From: an uncultured Gammaproteobacteria bacterium
GTDB taxonomy: Bacteria > Patescibacteriota > Patescibacteriia > UBA1558 > S5-K13
Assembly (NCBI GenBank): GCA_964424195.1
Contig: CAYRHT010000003.1
Coordinates: 14,919-78,918 of the forward strand
Length of the DNA: 64,000 bases
Reading direction: 5' to 3'
Of the stretch, positions 9,212 to 18,356 are shown one piece after another; position 1 is the first letter of the stretch, and every line of letters starts with the position of its first letter. The notes beneath the pieces were generated by a model that saw only the letters and a program-made list of their open reading frames with translations, did not search any database and was not told the origin of the DNA. The position numbers and the translations under genes were made by a program.

Positions 9212-10327
9212 ATGTTAGATAATAAAAAAATAGCTTTAGTGCATGATCATCTCTTTCAAATGGGTGGAGCCGAAAGAGTGCTTTTTGAATTCCACAAACT
9301 TTATTCTCAGAGCCCTATTTATACAATTATTTATGACAAAGCTAAAGATATTTTGTTTAAAAATGCTAAAGTTATCACTTCTAAACTTCAGAATATTCCG
9401 GGAATCTTAAAGAGAATCCCTTTTTCAGTTCATCTTTTTAAATTCTTTATCTTCTCTATGCCTCAAGCTTTTGAAGATTTTGATTTCTCAGATTATGATG
9501 TAGTACTTTCATCAGTTTCTGGTCTAGCTAAGGGAATTAAGGTCCCAGAAAAAACTAAACACTTCTGTTATTGTCATGCTCCTACCCGTTATCTATGGAG
9601 TGATTTAGAATCCTATGTTTCTAAATTAAAGATTCCTAATCTAACTAAGAAAGTAGTAATGGAAAAATTAAAAGGTTTAAGACAATGGGATTATGATGCT
9701 GCTCAAAGGGTAGATTACTTTATTGCTAATTCTAAATTTATTGCTGAAAAGATAAAGAAATATTACAATCGAGATTCTAAAGTTATTTATCCACCAGTAG
9801 AAGTTGAAAAATTCTATTCTAATCCGAACAAAGAAGATTATTATATCGTAGTATCTCGTTTAATGCCTTACAAGAAAGTAGATTTGATTGTTAAAGCTTT
9901 TAATCAATTAAAATTACCTTTGAAGGTTCTAGGAACTGGTGAACAGGCTGAAGAGTTAAAAAGAATGGCTAAGGAGAATATAGAGTTTCTAGGTGAAGTT
10001 AGTGATGAAGTACGAGGAGAATATTTATCCAAAGCTAAAGCTTTTCTTCATCCTCAGGAAGAGGATTTTGGAATAGCAGCCGTAGAAGCTATGGCTTCTG
10101 GTTGTCCAGTCATTGCCTATGGTTCTGGTGGTATCTTAGAAACTGTAATAGATAAAGAAACTGGTATATTCTTTAAAGAACAGAATTGGGAATCTCTAGC
10201 TGAAGCTGTATTAGACTTTAACAAACTAGAATTTAATCCAGAATTTATTCGAGAACATGCTCAGCAATTTAGTAATCAGAATTTTAGAAAGAATATTGAT
10301 AGTTATATTCAAGAGAAAGTAGATTAA
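9212..10327 (+). CDS. GT4-family glycosyltransferase
   Basis: EDFGIAAVEAMASGCPVIAYGSGG motif. Its first 21 nt are identical to the start of the preceding RhuM/Doc gene. Confidence 0.8.
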   Translation: MLDNKKIALVHDHLFQMGGAERVLFEFHKLYSQSPIYTIIYDKAKDILFKNAKVITSKLQNIPGILKRIPFSVHLFKFFIFSMPQAFEDFDFSDYDVVLSSVSGLAKGIKVPEKTKHFCYCHAPTRYLWSDLESYVSKLKIPNLTKKVVMEKLKGLRQWDYDAAQRVDYFIANSKFIAEKIKKYYNRDSKVIYPPVEVEKFYSNPNKEDYYIVVSRLMPYKKVDLIVKAFNQLKLPLKVLGTGEQAEELKRMAKENIEFLGEVSDEVRGEYLSKAKAFLHPQEEDFGIAAVEAMASGCPVIAYGSGGILETVIDKETGIFFKEQNWESLAEAVLDFNKLEFNPEFIREHAQQFSNQNFRKNIDSYIQEKVD

Positions 10328-10331
10328 AATT

Positions 10332-11477
10332 ATGAATATAGTAATAGACATCAATCCCTTAAAGCAGAAGAATTTAAGTGGAGTAGGAAAGTATTTACAA
10401 GAAGTATTGTCTCGATTGTTAGTTCTAGATCAAGATAATCAATATTTTTTGTTTAGTTATGGTAGAAAGAACAAAGATATTGTAGTAGACCTTCCTCAGA
10501 GTCAAAATATTCATTATCTTCATCGTAGTATTCCCAGTAAGCTCATTTTTATACTGAGCTTTTTAAATTTACCAAAGTTAGATGTTTTGAAAGTTGATGG
10601 GAAAAAGATTAAAGCAGATATTGTCTGGCTCCCTAATTTAGGTATTTGTAATTTAAAATACAAAAGTACAAAACTTATTAGCACAATTCATGATCTTTCT
10701 TTTAAAATATATCCGGAGTTTTTTAATTTAAAAAGAAGATTATGGCATTGTTTAGTAAAACCAAAGAAACTTATTCAAAGAAGTGATAAATTAATTGCAG
10801 TTTCAGAAAACACCGCCATGGATCTTCAGAAGATTTACAGAGTTTCTCCAGAAAAGATTGCAGTAATGAATTTAGGAGTGAGTGAGAGGTATAAAGTTTT
10901 AGAGAATGAGAAATTAGATATTATTAAGAATAAATATAATTTAAATCAGGATTTTATTTTATTTATTGGAACCAAAGAAGTTCGTAAAAATATTTTAAGT
11001 TTGTTAAAGTCTTTTCAAAAAATTAAGTCTGATAGTTTAGAGTTAGTGATTGTTGGTGGAAAGGGATGGAAAGAAAAAGAGTGGAAAGATTATTACAATA
11101 ATCTAAAAGAAGAGACTAAGTCTAGGATAAAGATTTTAGATTATGTACTAGAAGAAGATTTACCCGCTTTATATAATCTAGCAAAAATATTTGTTTGGCC
11201 TTCGTTTTATGAGGGTTTTGGATTACCAGTCTTAGAAGCAATGGCTTGTAATTGTCCAGTAATTACTTCAAATAATTCATCTCTACCAGCTATTGTTCAG
11301 GACAATGCTTTGTTGATAGAAGCTTTTAATGTAAGAATGTTATTAGTAGCCTTAAAGAGCCTATTAAAAGACCAGGGGCTATATAATCTCTACAAGAATA
11401 AAGAGTTTAACAAAGATTATTATGCTAATTGGGATAATTCAGCAGAAAGATTATTAAATTTATTTAATAAGATATGA
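10332..11477 (+). CDS. GT4-family glycosyltransferase
   Basis: EGFGLPVLEAMACNCPVITSNNSSLPAIV motif. Confidence 0.75.
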   Translation: MNIVIDINPLKQKNLSGVGKYLQEVLSRLLVLDQDNQYFLFSYGRKNKDIVVDLPQSQNIHYLHRSIPSKLIFILSFLNLPKLDVLKVDGKKIKADIVWLPNLGICNLKYKSTKLISTIHDLSFKIYPEFFNLKRRLWHCLVKPKKLIQRSDKLIAVSENTAMDLQKIYRVSPEKIAVMNLGVSERYKVLENEKLDIIKNKYNLNQDFILFIGTKEVRKNILSLLKSFQKIKSDSLELVIVGGKGWKEKEWKDYYNNLKEETKSRIKILDYVLEEDLPALYNLAKIFVWPSFYEGFGLPVLEAMACNCPVITSNNSSLPAIVQDNALLIEAFNVRMLLVALKSLLKDQGLYNLYKNKEFNKDYYANWDNSAERLLNLFNKI

Positions 11478-12571
11478 GAATAGCAATTGATGCTCGTTTT
11501 TTTGGTTCAGGAACTGGAATTGGTCGTTATGTCGAGCAATTAATTTTAAATTTAGAGAAAGTAGATTTAGAAAATGAATATTTTATTCTAATTAACAAAG
11601 AGAATCAAGATCAGTATCAACCCACTAATCTTAATTTTAAAAAAGTAATTATAGATATTCCCTGGTATGGATTAATAGAGCAATTTAAATTACCTAGAAT
11701 CTTAAAAAAATTAAATGTTGATTTAGTACATTTTCTTCACTTTAATGTACCTTTCTTTTACAACAAAGCTTTTGTAGTTTCTATTCATGATTCAATTCTA
11801 ACTAAATATCCCAGTCAAAGAGCAACAACTTTGTCACCTTTAAAGTATTTTTTTAAGAATATCTTTTATAGATTAGTAATTAAGCATGCTATTCAGAAAT
11901 CAAAGACAGTAATTACTATGGCTGAATATACAAAGAAAGAGATTGTAAAAGAATTTAATTGTCCATTGGAAAAAATAGAAGTTATTTATGAAGGAGTTAC
12001 TAAATTAGAGCAGGGTAGTGAGATTGTAGATTTAAAAGAATATAATATTACTAAAAAATATGTCTTGTATGTTGGTAATGCTTATCCGCATAAGAATTTA
12101 GAATTTTTAATTAAATCTTGGCAGAATTTTAAGAAAGATTATCAATTAGTTTTAGTAGGAAAAAAAGATTATTTCTATCAACGCTTAGAAAAACTAATTA
12201 AAGAACTAGGTCTAGAAGAAAAAATAATTTTAACTGGATATCTATTAGATTCTAAATTAGCTTCTTTCTACCAACAAGCTCAAAGCTATGTTTTTCCATC
12301 ATTATGTGAAGGCTTTGGTTTACCTCCCTTAGAAGCAATGCAATTCTCTTTACCAGTTTTAGTTTCTAATACTAGTTGTCTGCCAGAGATATTAGGAGAT
12401 TCAGCTTTGTATTTTTATCCTAAAGATCAAGATGACTTTTTAGAGAAGCTTAATACAATTATTAGTAATGAAGAATTAAGAGAGAAGTTAATTATTAATT
12501 CTCAGAAGTTATTATTAAAGTATAATTGGAAAACAATGGTAGAGGAGACTTTAAGAGTTTATAGTATTTGA
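11474..12571 (+). CDS. GT4-family glycosyltransferase
   Basis: EGFGLPPLEAMQFSLPVLVSNTSCLPEILGDSA motif. Overlaps the upstream gene by 4 nt. Confidence 0.75.
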   Translation: MRIAIDARFFGSGTGIGRYVEQLILNLEKVDLENEYFILINKENQDQYQPTNLNFKKVIIDIPWYGLIEQFKLPRILKKLNVDLVHFLHFNVPFFYNKAFVVSIHDSILTKYPSQRATTLSPLKYFFKNIFYRLVIKHAIQKSKTVITMAEYTKKEIVKEFNCPLEKIEVIYEGVTKLEQGSEIVDLKEYNITKKYVLYVGNAYPHKNLEFLIKSWQNFKKDYQLVLVGKKDYFYQRLEKLIKELGLEEKIILTGYLLDSKLASFYQQAQSYVFPSLCEGFGLPPLEAMQFSLPVLVSNTSCLPEILGDSALYFYPKDQDDFLEKLNTIISNEELREKLIINSQKLLLKYNWKTMVEETLRVYSI

Positions 12572-12591
12572 AAAAGTAGAGAGAGATTTAT

Positions 12592-12616
12592 AGAACTGAT
12601 AAAATCAGTTCTTTTT
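12592..12616 (+). terminator. Intrinsic terminator ending the glycosyltransferase operon
   Basis: Stem agaactgat/atcagttct with loop aaa, followed by TTTTT. Confidence 0.6.
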
Positions 12617-12622
12617 AATCTC

Positions 12623-12651
12623 TTGACAAAGTATGTAATATATGATATAGT
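12623..12651 (+). promoter_or_regulatory. Near-consensus sigma70 promoter with extended -10
   Basis: TTGACA (12623-12628), 17-nt spacer, TGaTATAGT (12643-12651). Confidence 0.55.
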
Positions 12652-12685
12652 TAGATATTGAAGTTAATTTAAAAAAATAGGAGGA

Positions 12686-13003
12686 ATGATGAAAAAATGT
12701 TTTATGACGTTGGAGATGTTTAATTTTTGGGAAAATGGTGATGAAGGATGTTGTAATCAGTTAAAAGAAGAGGGGTTAACTAGCATTGTTACTCTCAGTA
12801 GTCCAGGGAGTGGAAGATTGTATCCTGTTAAAGGATCTATTATTCCATTACTGAATGGAGAATGTCCAAAAATTATCCAAAGAGTTACGAAAAAAAGAGG
12901 AGATTTGTTCAATTTTATCACAGATATTATTAGTGATATAATGATTGATCGTAAATCTTCCAGAAGAGAAGCTGTTAATGTTTTTGTTAGAGCATTCTCA
13001 TAG
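12686..13003 (+). CDS. Small Cys-containing hypothetical protein (105 aa)
   Basis: AGGAGGA RBS 6 nt upstream. Has its own strong promoter and its own terminator. Cys at positions CC..C..C; no known domain. Confidence 0.45.
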   Translation: MMKKCFMTLEMFNFWENGDEGCCNQLKEEGLTSIVTLSSPGSGRLYPVKGSIIPLLNGECPKIIQRVTKKRGDLFNFITDIISDIMIDRKSSRREAVNVFVRAFS

Positions 13004-13017
13004 AAGTTTCTTTTAAG

Positions 13018-13047
13018 AACGGGTTGTGAATTTACAGCCCGTTTTTT
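13018..13047 (+). terminator. Strong intrinsic terminator
   Basis: 10-bp stem aacgggttgt/acagcccgtt followed by TTTTTT. Confidence 0.6.
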
Positions 13048-13085
13048 GTTTTCTAAATTTAGAAAAATATTGTATAATATAGTAT

Positions 13086-15971
13086 ATGAGAAAAACAAAA
13101 TCGAGTACCACTCGATCTAAGAAAAAACTTCCTAAGAAAGTCACTAGGAAGAAATCTTTAGTTAAGGTTAAGAAGAAAGTTGTTAAAAAGACTGTTAAGA
13201 AAAAGATTAAAACAACTCGGAAGGTAAAAAAGAATACTAAGACTAAAGCTAAGAAGAAACCAAAGGTTTCTAAGTTTCAGGTTGAAGAAAGAGATGAGTT
13301 CATTGTAGATAATAATAATGATACTCCGATTATTAACTTCCAACCTAATTTTTTAGTTGAACAAACAGATGTAAATGAATTATTAGATGAAGTAGAAATT
13401 AATGAACAAGATTCAATATTAATAGCTGAACCAGAAAAGATTGAGAGAGAAGAACTTCCAGAGTTAGAAAGATTAATTCAAGATGACTATATCTCTACTG
13501 AAGCAATAGTTAAGAATTCTAATTACAATTTAAAAATGAAAGAAGATAATATTGCTGTAAAAAGAAGTAAACAAGTTCAAAGAAAGTCACAATATTTAAT
13601 TAACTTGCGGGAGAAAGATAGTAATGAAGATTCAATAACTGTTTTAGAAAGTCCAGCTTTAAATATTATTAAGAAGAGAACTATTAAAGATATCTCTTCT
13701 GTTTATGTTCAAGAATTAGCAGTTTTAGGTTCAAAGACTAAGTTCTTTAAATTTTCTCATTTTCTAGGTAAGAACTTTTCAGCCTATTTTTTCTATTTAG
13801 GCTTAGGAGTCCAATCTGGATTTAAGTTTTTAATTAATATTCTTTTTAATATTTTACTTTCTCTAAATTCTCTAGGTGAGAAAATATACAAGACTATTGA
13901 GAGTATTGGTAAAGAAAAAGAAGTATTAAAAAGTCCTACTACTAGTATTAAAGACAAGATTGATGCTTGGAGAGAGAAAGTATTAAGTTTTAATCCAATT
14001 TTAGCCTTTAAATTTAGTACAATTAGAACCTATTCTAAAGCTTTAACTTTCCTATTAATCTGTCTGTTGATAATATCTTCAGTCCAAGTTATGGCTCTAG
14101 TTGGTAAATTTAATTTTACCAAAGGTAAGATTTTAGGTATTTCTGAACAAGCTTTTGGAGAATTCAGTAATGGAATTAAATCAATGGCTAATTCTGATTT
14201 TAATAATGCTCAAAATAGTTTTGATAATGCTAATCAAAGATTTTTAGCTGCGGAAGAGGAGATTTCTAAGTATAATAGTCTTTTTATTGAAGTCCTTAAA
14301 TTTATTCCTCAGGAAGGTGAAAGGTTAGATTTGGGGATAAAGTTTTTAAATATTGGTAAACTATTTTCTGAAGCTGCTGAGCATATTAGTTTAGCTTTAG
14401 AGCAACAGAATGAAGAGATAAGTTTAACTGACAAGATTAGTTTAATTTCTAAAAATTTAAGTCAGTCTAAGGATAAGTTAAAACAAGCTAGTGAAGATAT
14501 TGCTGGCTTTGATTTAGATATTTTACCAGAGGAGTATCAAGGTAAATTTTCTTCAATCCAAGAGAATATTCCAACTCTGATTAGTAATTTAGAAGATTTG
14601 GATTCTGTTTCTGCAGTTATTTCAGATATTCTGGGGGCTGATGGTCCAAAAAGATATTTATTACTTTTTCAAAATTCAAATGAACTTCGAGCAACAGGTG
14701 GATTTATGGGTAGCGCAGCTATCTTAGATATTAAAGAGGGTGAAATTCAAAAGATTAAGGTTCCAGAAGGCGGTCTTTATGATTTTAAAGCTGGTTTTTT
14801 TGATAGAGTAGAATCTCCTGATCCTTTAAAATTAGCTAATCCTAATTTTAATCTCTGGGATGCAAATTGGTTTGCAGATTTTCCAACTTCAGCAGAGTTA
14901 ATATTAAAATACTGGGAAAAATCTGGTGGTCATACAGTTGATGGAGTTATAACTATCAATAGTACTGTAATGGAGGAATTTTTAAAGATTATTGGGCCAA
15001 TTAATTTAGAAAGAGGAATTGAGATAAATTCTGATAATTTTATTCGTAAAACTCAAGAGATTGTGGAGATTAAAGATGCTGGGCAAGCACCAAAAGCTGT
15101 GATTGGAGAAATGATGAGTAAGATTTTGGATAAGGTTTTTGAAGATCAGAAATTAGATTATTTACAAACTTTAAAATTATTTAATGATTCTATGAGTAGT
15201 AAAGATATTCAGATGTATTTTACAGATGCTGGTTTAGAATCAACAATTATTGATTATGGTTGGGGAGGACCAATGACTGACAATGCTACTGGTGATTATC
15301 TAGCAGTTATTAATACTAATATTCTTGGTGGTAAAACTGATAGGTATATTTATGAAGAAATAGATCATCAAGTTAATGTGCTATCTAATGGAACTATTAT
15401 AGATACTGTTAAAATAAATAGGAACTTTATTGCTGAAAAAGATGATCCTTTCAGTAAAGATACTAACAAAACATATTTAAGAGTCTATGTTCCTCAAGGG
15501 GTTAAGCTTTTAGAAGCTCGTGGTTTTGAAGAATTTCCAGAAGATGAATATATGATTCCAGTTGCTGGTTCAGAACCAGATGAGGATATTGAAAGAATTC
15601 AAGGTCGTTTCGTAATTGATGAAATTTCAGGAGTAAAGATAAATAATGAATTTAACAAGACAGTATTTAGTGGTTGGCAGGAATTAAAACCTGGTCAAAA
15701 GAAAACAATTACTCTGAGATATGAATTACCTTTTAAATTAAATTTAGATAAAGATGTTTCTTTGTTAGATAAATTTTTTAAGAAAGATAATAATTTGAAT
15801 TTAGATACTTATACTGTTTTCTATGAAAAACAATCTGGAAAGAATTCAGAATTAAATCTAAACTATAATTGGTCAGATAATTTGAATTTAATATGGTCCA
15901 GTGTTTCGGAACATAAATTTAAAAAAATGCTTAGGAATAATGAAGCAATTGGTTTTATTTTAAAGAAATAA
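13086..15971 (+). CDS. DUF4012-domain membrane-anchored protein with polybasic cytoplasmic N-terminal tail
   Basis: The first ~65 aa are about half K/R. Single TM (LTFLLICLLIISSVQVMALVG). Large extracytoplasmic region containing the DUF4012 signature NSNELRATGGFMGSAAILD. Confidence 0.65.
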   Translation: MRKTKSSTTRSKKKLPKKVTRKKSLVKVKKKVVKKTVKKKIKTTRKVKKNTKTKAKKKPKVSKFQVEERDEFIVDNNNDTPIINFQPNFLVEQTDVNELLDEVEINEQDSILIAEPEKIEREELPELERLIQDDYISTEAIVKNSNYNLKMKEDNIAVKRSKQVQRKSQYLINLREKDSNEDSITVLESPALNIIKKRTIKDISSVYVQELAVLGSKTKFFKFSHFLGKNFSAYFFYLGLGVQSGFKFLINILFNILLSLNSLGEKIYKTIESIGKEKEVLKSPTTSIKDKIDAWREKVLSFNPILAFKFSTIRTYSKALTFLLICLLIISSVQVMALVGKFNFTKGKILGISEQAFGEFSNGIKSMANSDFNNAQNSFDNANQRFLAAEEEISKYNSLFIEVLKFIPQEGERLDLGIKFLNIGKLFSEAAEHISLALEQQNEEISLTDKISLISKNLSQSKDKLKQASEDIAGFDLDILPEEYQGKFSSIQENIPTLISNLEDLDSVSAVISDILGADGPKRYLLLFQNSNELRATGGFMGSAAILDIKEGEIQKIKVPEGGLYDFKAGFFDRVESPDPLKLANPNFNLWDANWFADFPTSAELILKYWEKSGGHTVDGVITINSTVMEEFLKIIGPINLERGIEINSDNFIRKTQEIVEIKDAGQAPKAVIGEMMSKILDKVFEDQKLDYLQTLKLFNDSMSSKDIQMYFTDAGLESTIIDYGWGGPMTDNATGDYLAVINTNILGGKTDRYIYEEIDHQVNVLSNGTIIDTVKINRNFIAEKDDPFSKDTNKTYLRVYVPQGVKLLEARGFEEFPEDEYMIPVAGSEPDEDIERIQGRFVIDEISGVKINNEFNKTVFSGWQELKPGQKKTITLRYELPFKLNLDKDVSLLDKFFKKDNNLNLDTYTVFYEKQSGKNSELNLNYNWSDNLNLIWSSVSEHKFKKMLRNNEAIGFILKK

Positions 15972-15981
15972 TAAAAATAAT

Positions 15982-16704
15982 ATGAGTGAGAAAAAGTTTT
16001 CAAACAAAGAGGCAATTAAATTTGCCTGGGAGAAAGTTAAAGAGAATTTAGGTTTCTTTTTACTTGTGGGAGTTGTATTTTATATAGTTTCTTTTTTACC
16101 TAGCATAGCTAGGAAGCTTATGAAAGAAACTGAGTCATTAAACTTAGATATAATTTTTACTATTTTATATATATTATTTCAAGCTTTAAGTATTTTAGTG
16201 GGGCTAGGATTGAATAAAATAATGTTAAAAGTAATTGATAAACAAAAACCTAAGTTTACAGATTTATTTTCTCAATATCGTTTATTCTGGAAGTATTTAT
16301 TTGCAACTATTCTTTATTCTTTAATTATTATGATTCCAGTAGGAATCTCTATGTTATTAAGTTTATTTCTTGTTAAAGATAATCAAAATCCAATTTATAT
16401 TTTCATTCCTATTATTATATTTATTATTGCGATAGTTTTTTCAATTTTGGTGGGTATTAGAGTTCAATTTTTTCCATACTTAATTATAGAAGGTTTGGGA
16501 CCAATTGAGGCATTGAAAGAAAGTTTTCGAATAACTAAAGGTTTAGTAGGAGATTTATTTGTTTTTGGGTTAGTAATGATGGCAATAGCTTTAGCTGGAC
16601 TCTTAGCTCTGTTTGTTGGAACTTTAATTACTATGCCTATTGTAGCTATAGCTACAGCCTTTGTTTATCGAAAGTTAAAACAAAAAACTAAAATTATTAG
16701 TTAG
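15982..16704 (+). CDS. Polytopic integral membrane protein, hypothetical
   Basis: 240 aa with about 6 predicted TM helices and no catalytic motifs. Confidence 0.45.
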   Translation: MSEKKFSNKEAIKFAWEKVKENLGFFLLVGVVFYIVSFLPSIARKLMKETESLNLDIIFTILYILFQALSILVGLGLNKIMLKVIDKQKPKFTDLFSQYRLFWKYLFATILYSLIIMIPVGISMLLSLFLVKDNQNPIYIFIPIIIFIIAIVFSILVGIRVQFFPYLIIEGLGPIEALKESFRITKGLVGDLFVFGLVMMAIALAGLLALFVGTLITMPIVAIATAFVYRKLKQKTKIIS

Positions 16705-16760
16705 AAAGAGATTAAATATTGAAATAAAGGCGATTTTTAATCGTCTTTATCTGTATTATT

Positions 16761-18356
16761 ATGATTAAAACATTATTAAAAAAATTAAATACTACAATTC
16801 TTGGTGGAGCTATTTTAATTAGCCTCTTTACTATAATTAGTAAAATCTTAGGATTAGTGAGAGATAGGATTTTAGCTTCATTTTTTGGTGCTGGAGAAAT
16901 TTTAGATGTCTATTTTGCTTCTTTTCGAATTCCAGATTTAATCTTTAATACTTTAGTTTTAGGAGCTTTAGCTTCAGCATTTGTGCCTATTTTTGTAAAA
17001 TTACATCAAAGAGATAAAGAAAGAGCTAATCATGTTTCTAATTCTATTCTTAATATTTTAACTAGCATCTTAGCTTTGATTGCAGTCGTAGTAATTATTA
17101 AAGCTGATTTCTTTGTTAAGCTATTAGTTCCTGGATTTAATCCAGATCAATTAGCATTAACTATTCAATTAACTAGAATAATGCTTTTGAGTATTGTTAT
17201 CTTTGGAGCTTCTAATGTGATGAGTAGTTTATTGAATTCTTATAAATCATATTTCTTCTATAGTTTAGCACCAGTAGCTTACAACCTTGGAATTATCATT
17301 GGTATTATTCTAAGTAATTATTATGGTTATGTTTATTTAGCTTGGGGAGTTGTTTTTGGATCTATTTTACATTTTATAATTCAACTATTTGCAGTTATTA
17401 AAAAAGGATGGAAATATTCTCCTATTTTTGATTTTAAAGATACCTATGTTCGAAAGATTTTTAAATTAATGCTTCCCCGAACTCTAGGTTTAGCTATCAT
17501 GCAAGTGAATCAAGTAGTGATAACTATAGTTGCTTCTAATTTAGTAGCTGGTAGTATTGCTGTCTTCTATTTTGGGATGAATCTTCAATCAGCTATTGTT
17601 AGCGTCTTTGGAGTTTCTATTGCCATTGCTGTATTTCCAGTTTTATCAGAACACGCTGACAACAAAGAGAAGTTTATTAACTACTTAATTCACAAGATTA
17701 AGAAGATTATATTCTTAGTTATTCCTATATCAATTTTAATGATAATTTTAAGGGCTCAGATTGTGAGAATTGTTTTAGGAACTGGTAGCTTTGATTGGTG
17801 GGATACATATTATACAGCTCAAGTTTTAGGATATTTTTCTATCTCCCTTGTATTTCAATGTTTAATTCCTTTAATTGCTCGAGCTTTTTATGCTTTAGAA
17901 GATACTAAAACACCAGTAATTACTAGTATCTTTAGTTTTCTTTTAAATATATTTTTAGCAATCTATTTAAGTGTTAGTATGGGTATTGAAGGAATAGCAA
18001 TTGCTTTCTCAGCTAGCTCAGCTTTAAATTTAATATTATTATCCCTAGTTTTGTATATTAAATTTCCGCAAATGAAGAAGTACAAATTAACTGTCTTTAT
18101 TGTTAAGGTTATTCTTAGTTCTGTAATCATGGGATTCTTAGTATATCTAAGTAGAAACCTTCTTTCTTTTGGTGTAGATATGACTAAATTTATTGGTATT
18201 TTCCTTCAATTAAGCTTTTCTTTCATTATAGGTGTTGTTATTTATTTTATTTTAAGTATAATAATGAAACTACCAGAAGCGGAAATATTAAAGAAGTATT
18301 ATGCTAAGTTTGAGAGTTATTTATTAAAGAAGATGAAGAATAATTATGAAGACTAA
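16761..18356 (+). CDS. murJ: Lipid II flippase MurJ (MviN)
   Basis: 531 aa, about 14 TM helices. N-terminal MurJ signature ...LGLVRDRILASFFGAGEILDVYFASFRIPDLIFN. Confidence 0.85.
   Translation: MIKTLLKKLNTTILGGAILISLFTIISKILGLVRDRILASFFGAGEILDVYFASFRIPDLIFNTLVLGALASAFVPIFVKLHQRDKERANHVSNSILNILTSILALIAVVVIIKADFFVKLLVPGFNPDQLALTIQLTRIMLLSIVIFGASNVMSSLLNSYKSYFFYSLAPVAYNLGIIIGIILSNYYGYVYLAWGVVFGSILHFIIQLFAVIKKGWKYSPIFDFKDTYVRKIFKLMLPRTLGLAIMQVNQVVITIVASNLVAGSIAVFYFGMNLQSAIVSVFGVSIAIAVFPVLSEHADNKEKFINYLIHKIKKIIFLVIPISILMIILRAQIVRIVLGTGSFDWWDTYYTAQVLGYFSISLVFQCLIPLIARAFYALEDTKTPVITSIFSFLLNIFLAIYLSVSMGIEGIAIAFSASSALNLILLSLVLYIKFPQMKKYKLTVFIVKVILSSVIMGFLVYLSRNLLSFGVDMTKFIGIFLQLSFSFIIGVVIYFILSIIMKLPEAEILKKYYAKFESYLLKKMKNNYED

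Noticed and set aside
13090-13290. Possible simple-sequence repeat or phase-variation tract in the poly-Lys coding region
   Set aside because: The region is rich in AAA/AAG codons but contains no homopolymer or dinucleotide run long enough to act as a slipped-strand switch. It is interpreted as coding for a polybasic tail.
12757-13343. Antisense ORFs (113 aa and 61 aa) overlapping the small Cys-protein gene and the start of the DUF4012 gene
   Set aside because: No SD or promoter. The sense-strand genes have strong expression signals, and A/T-rich DNA generates long spurious antisense frames.
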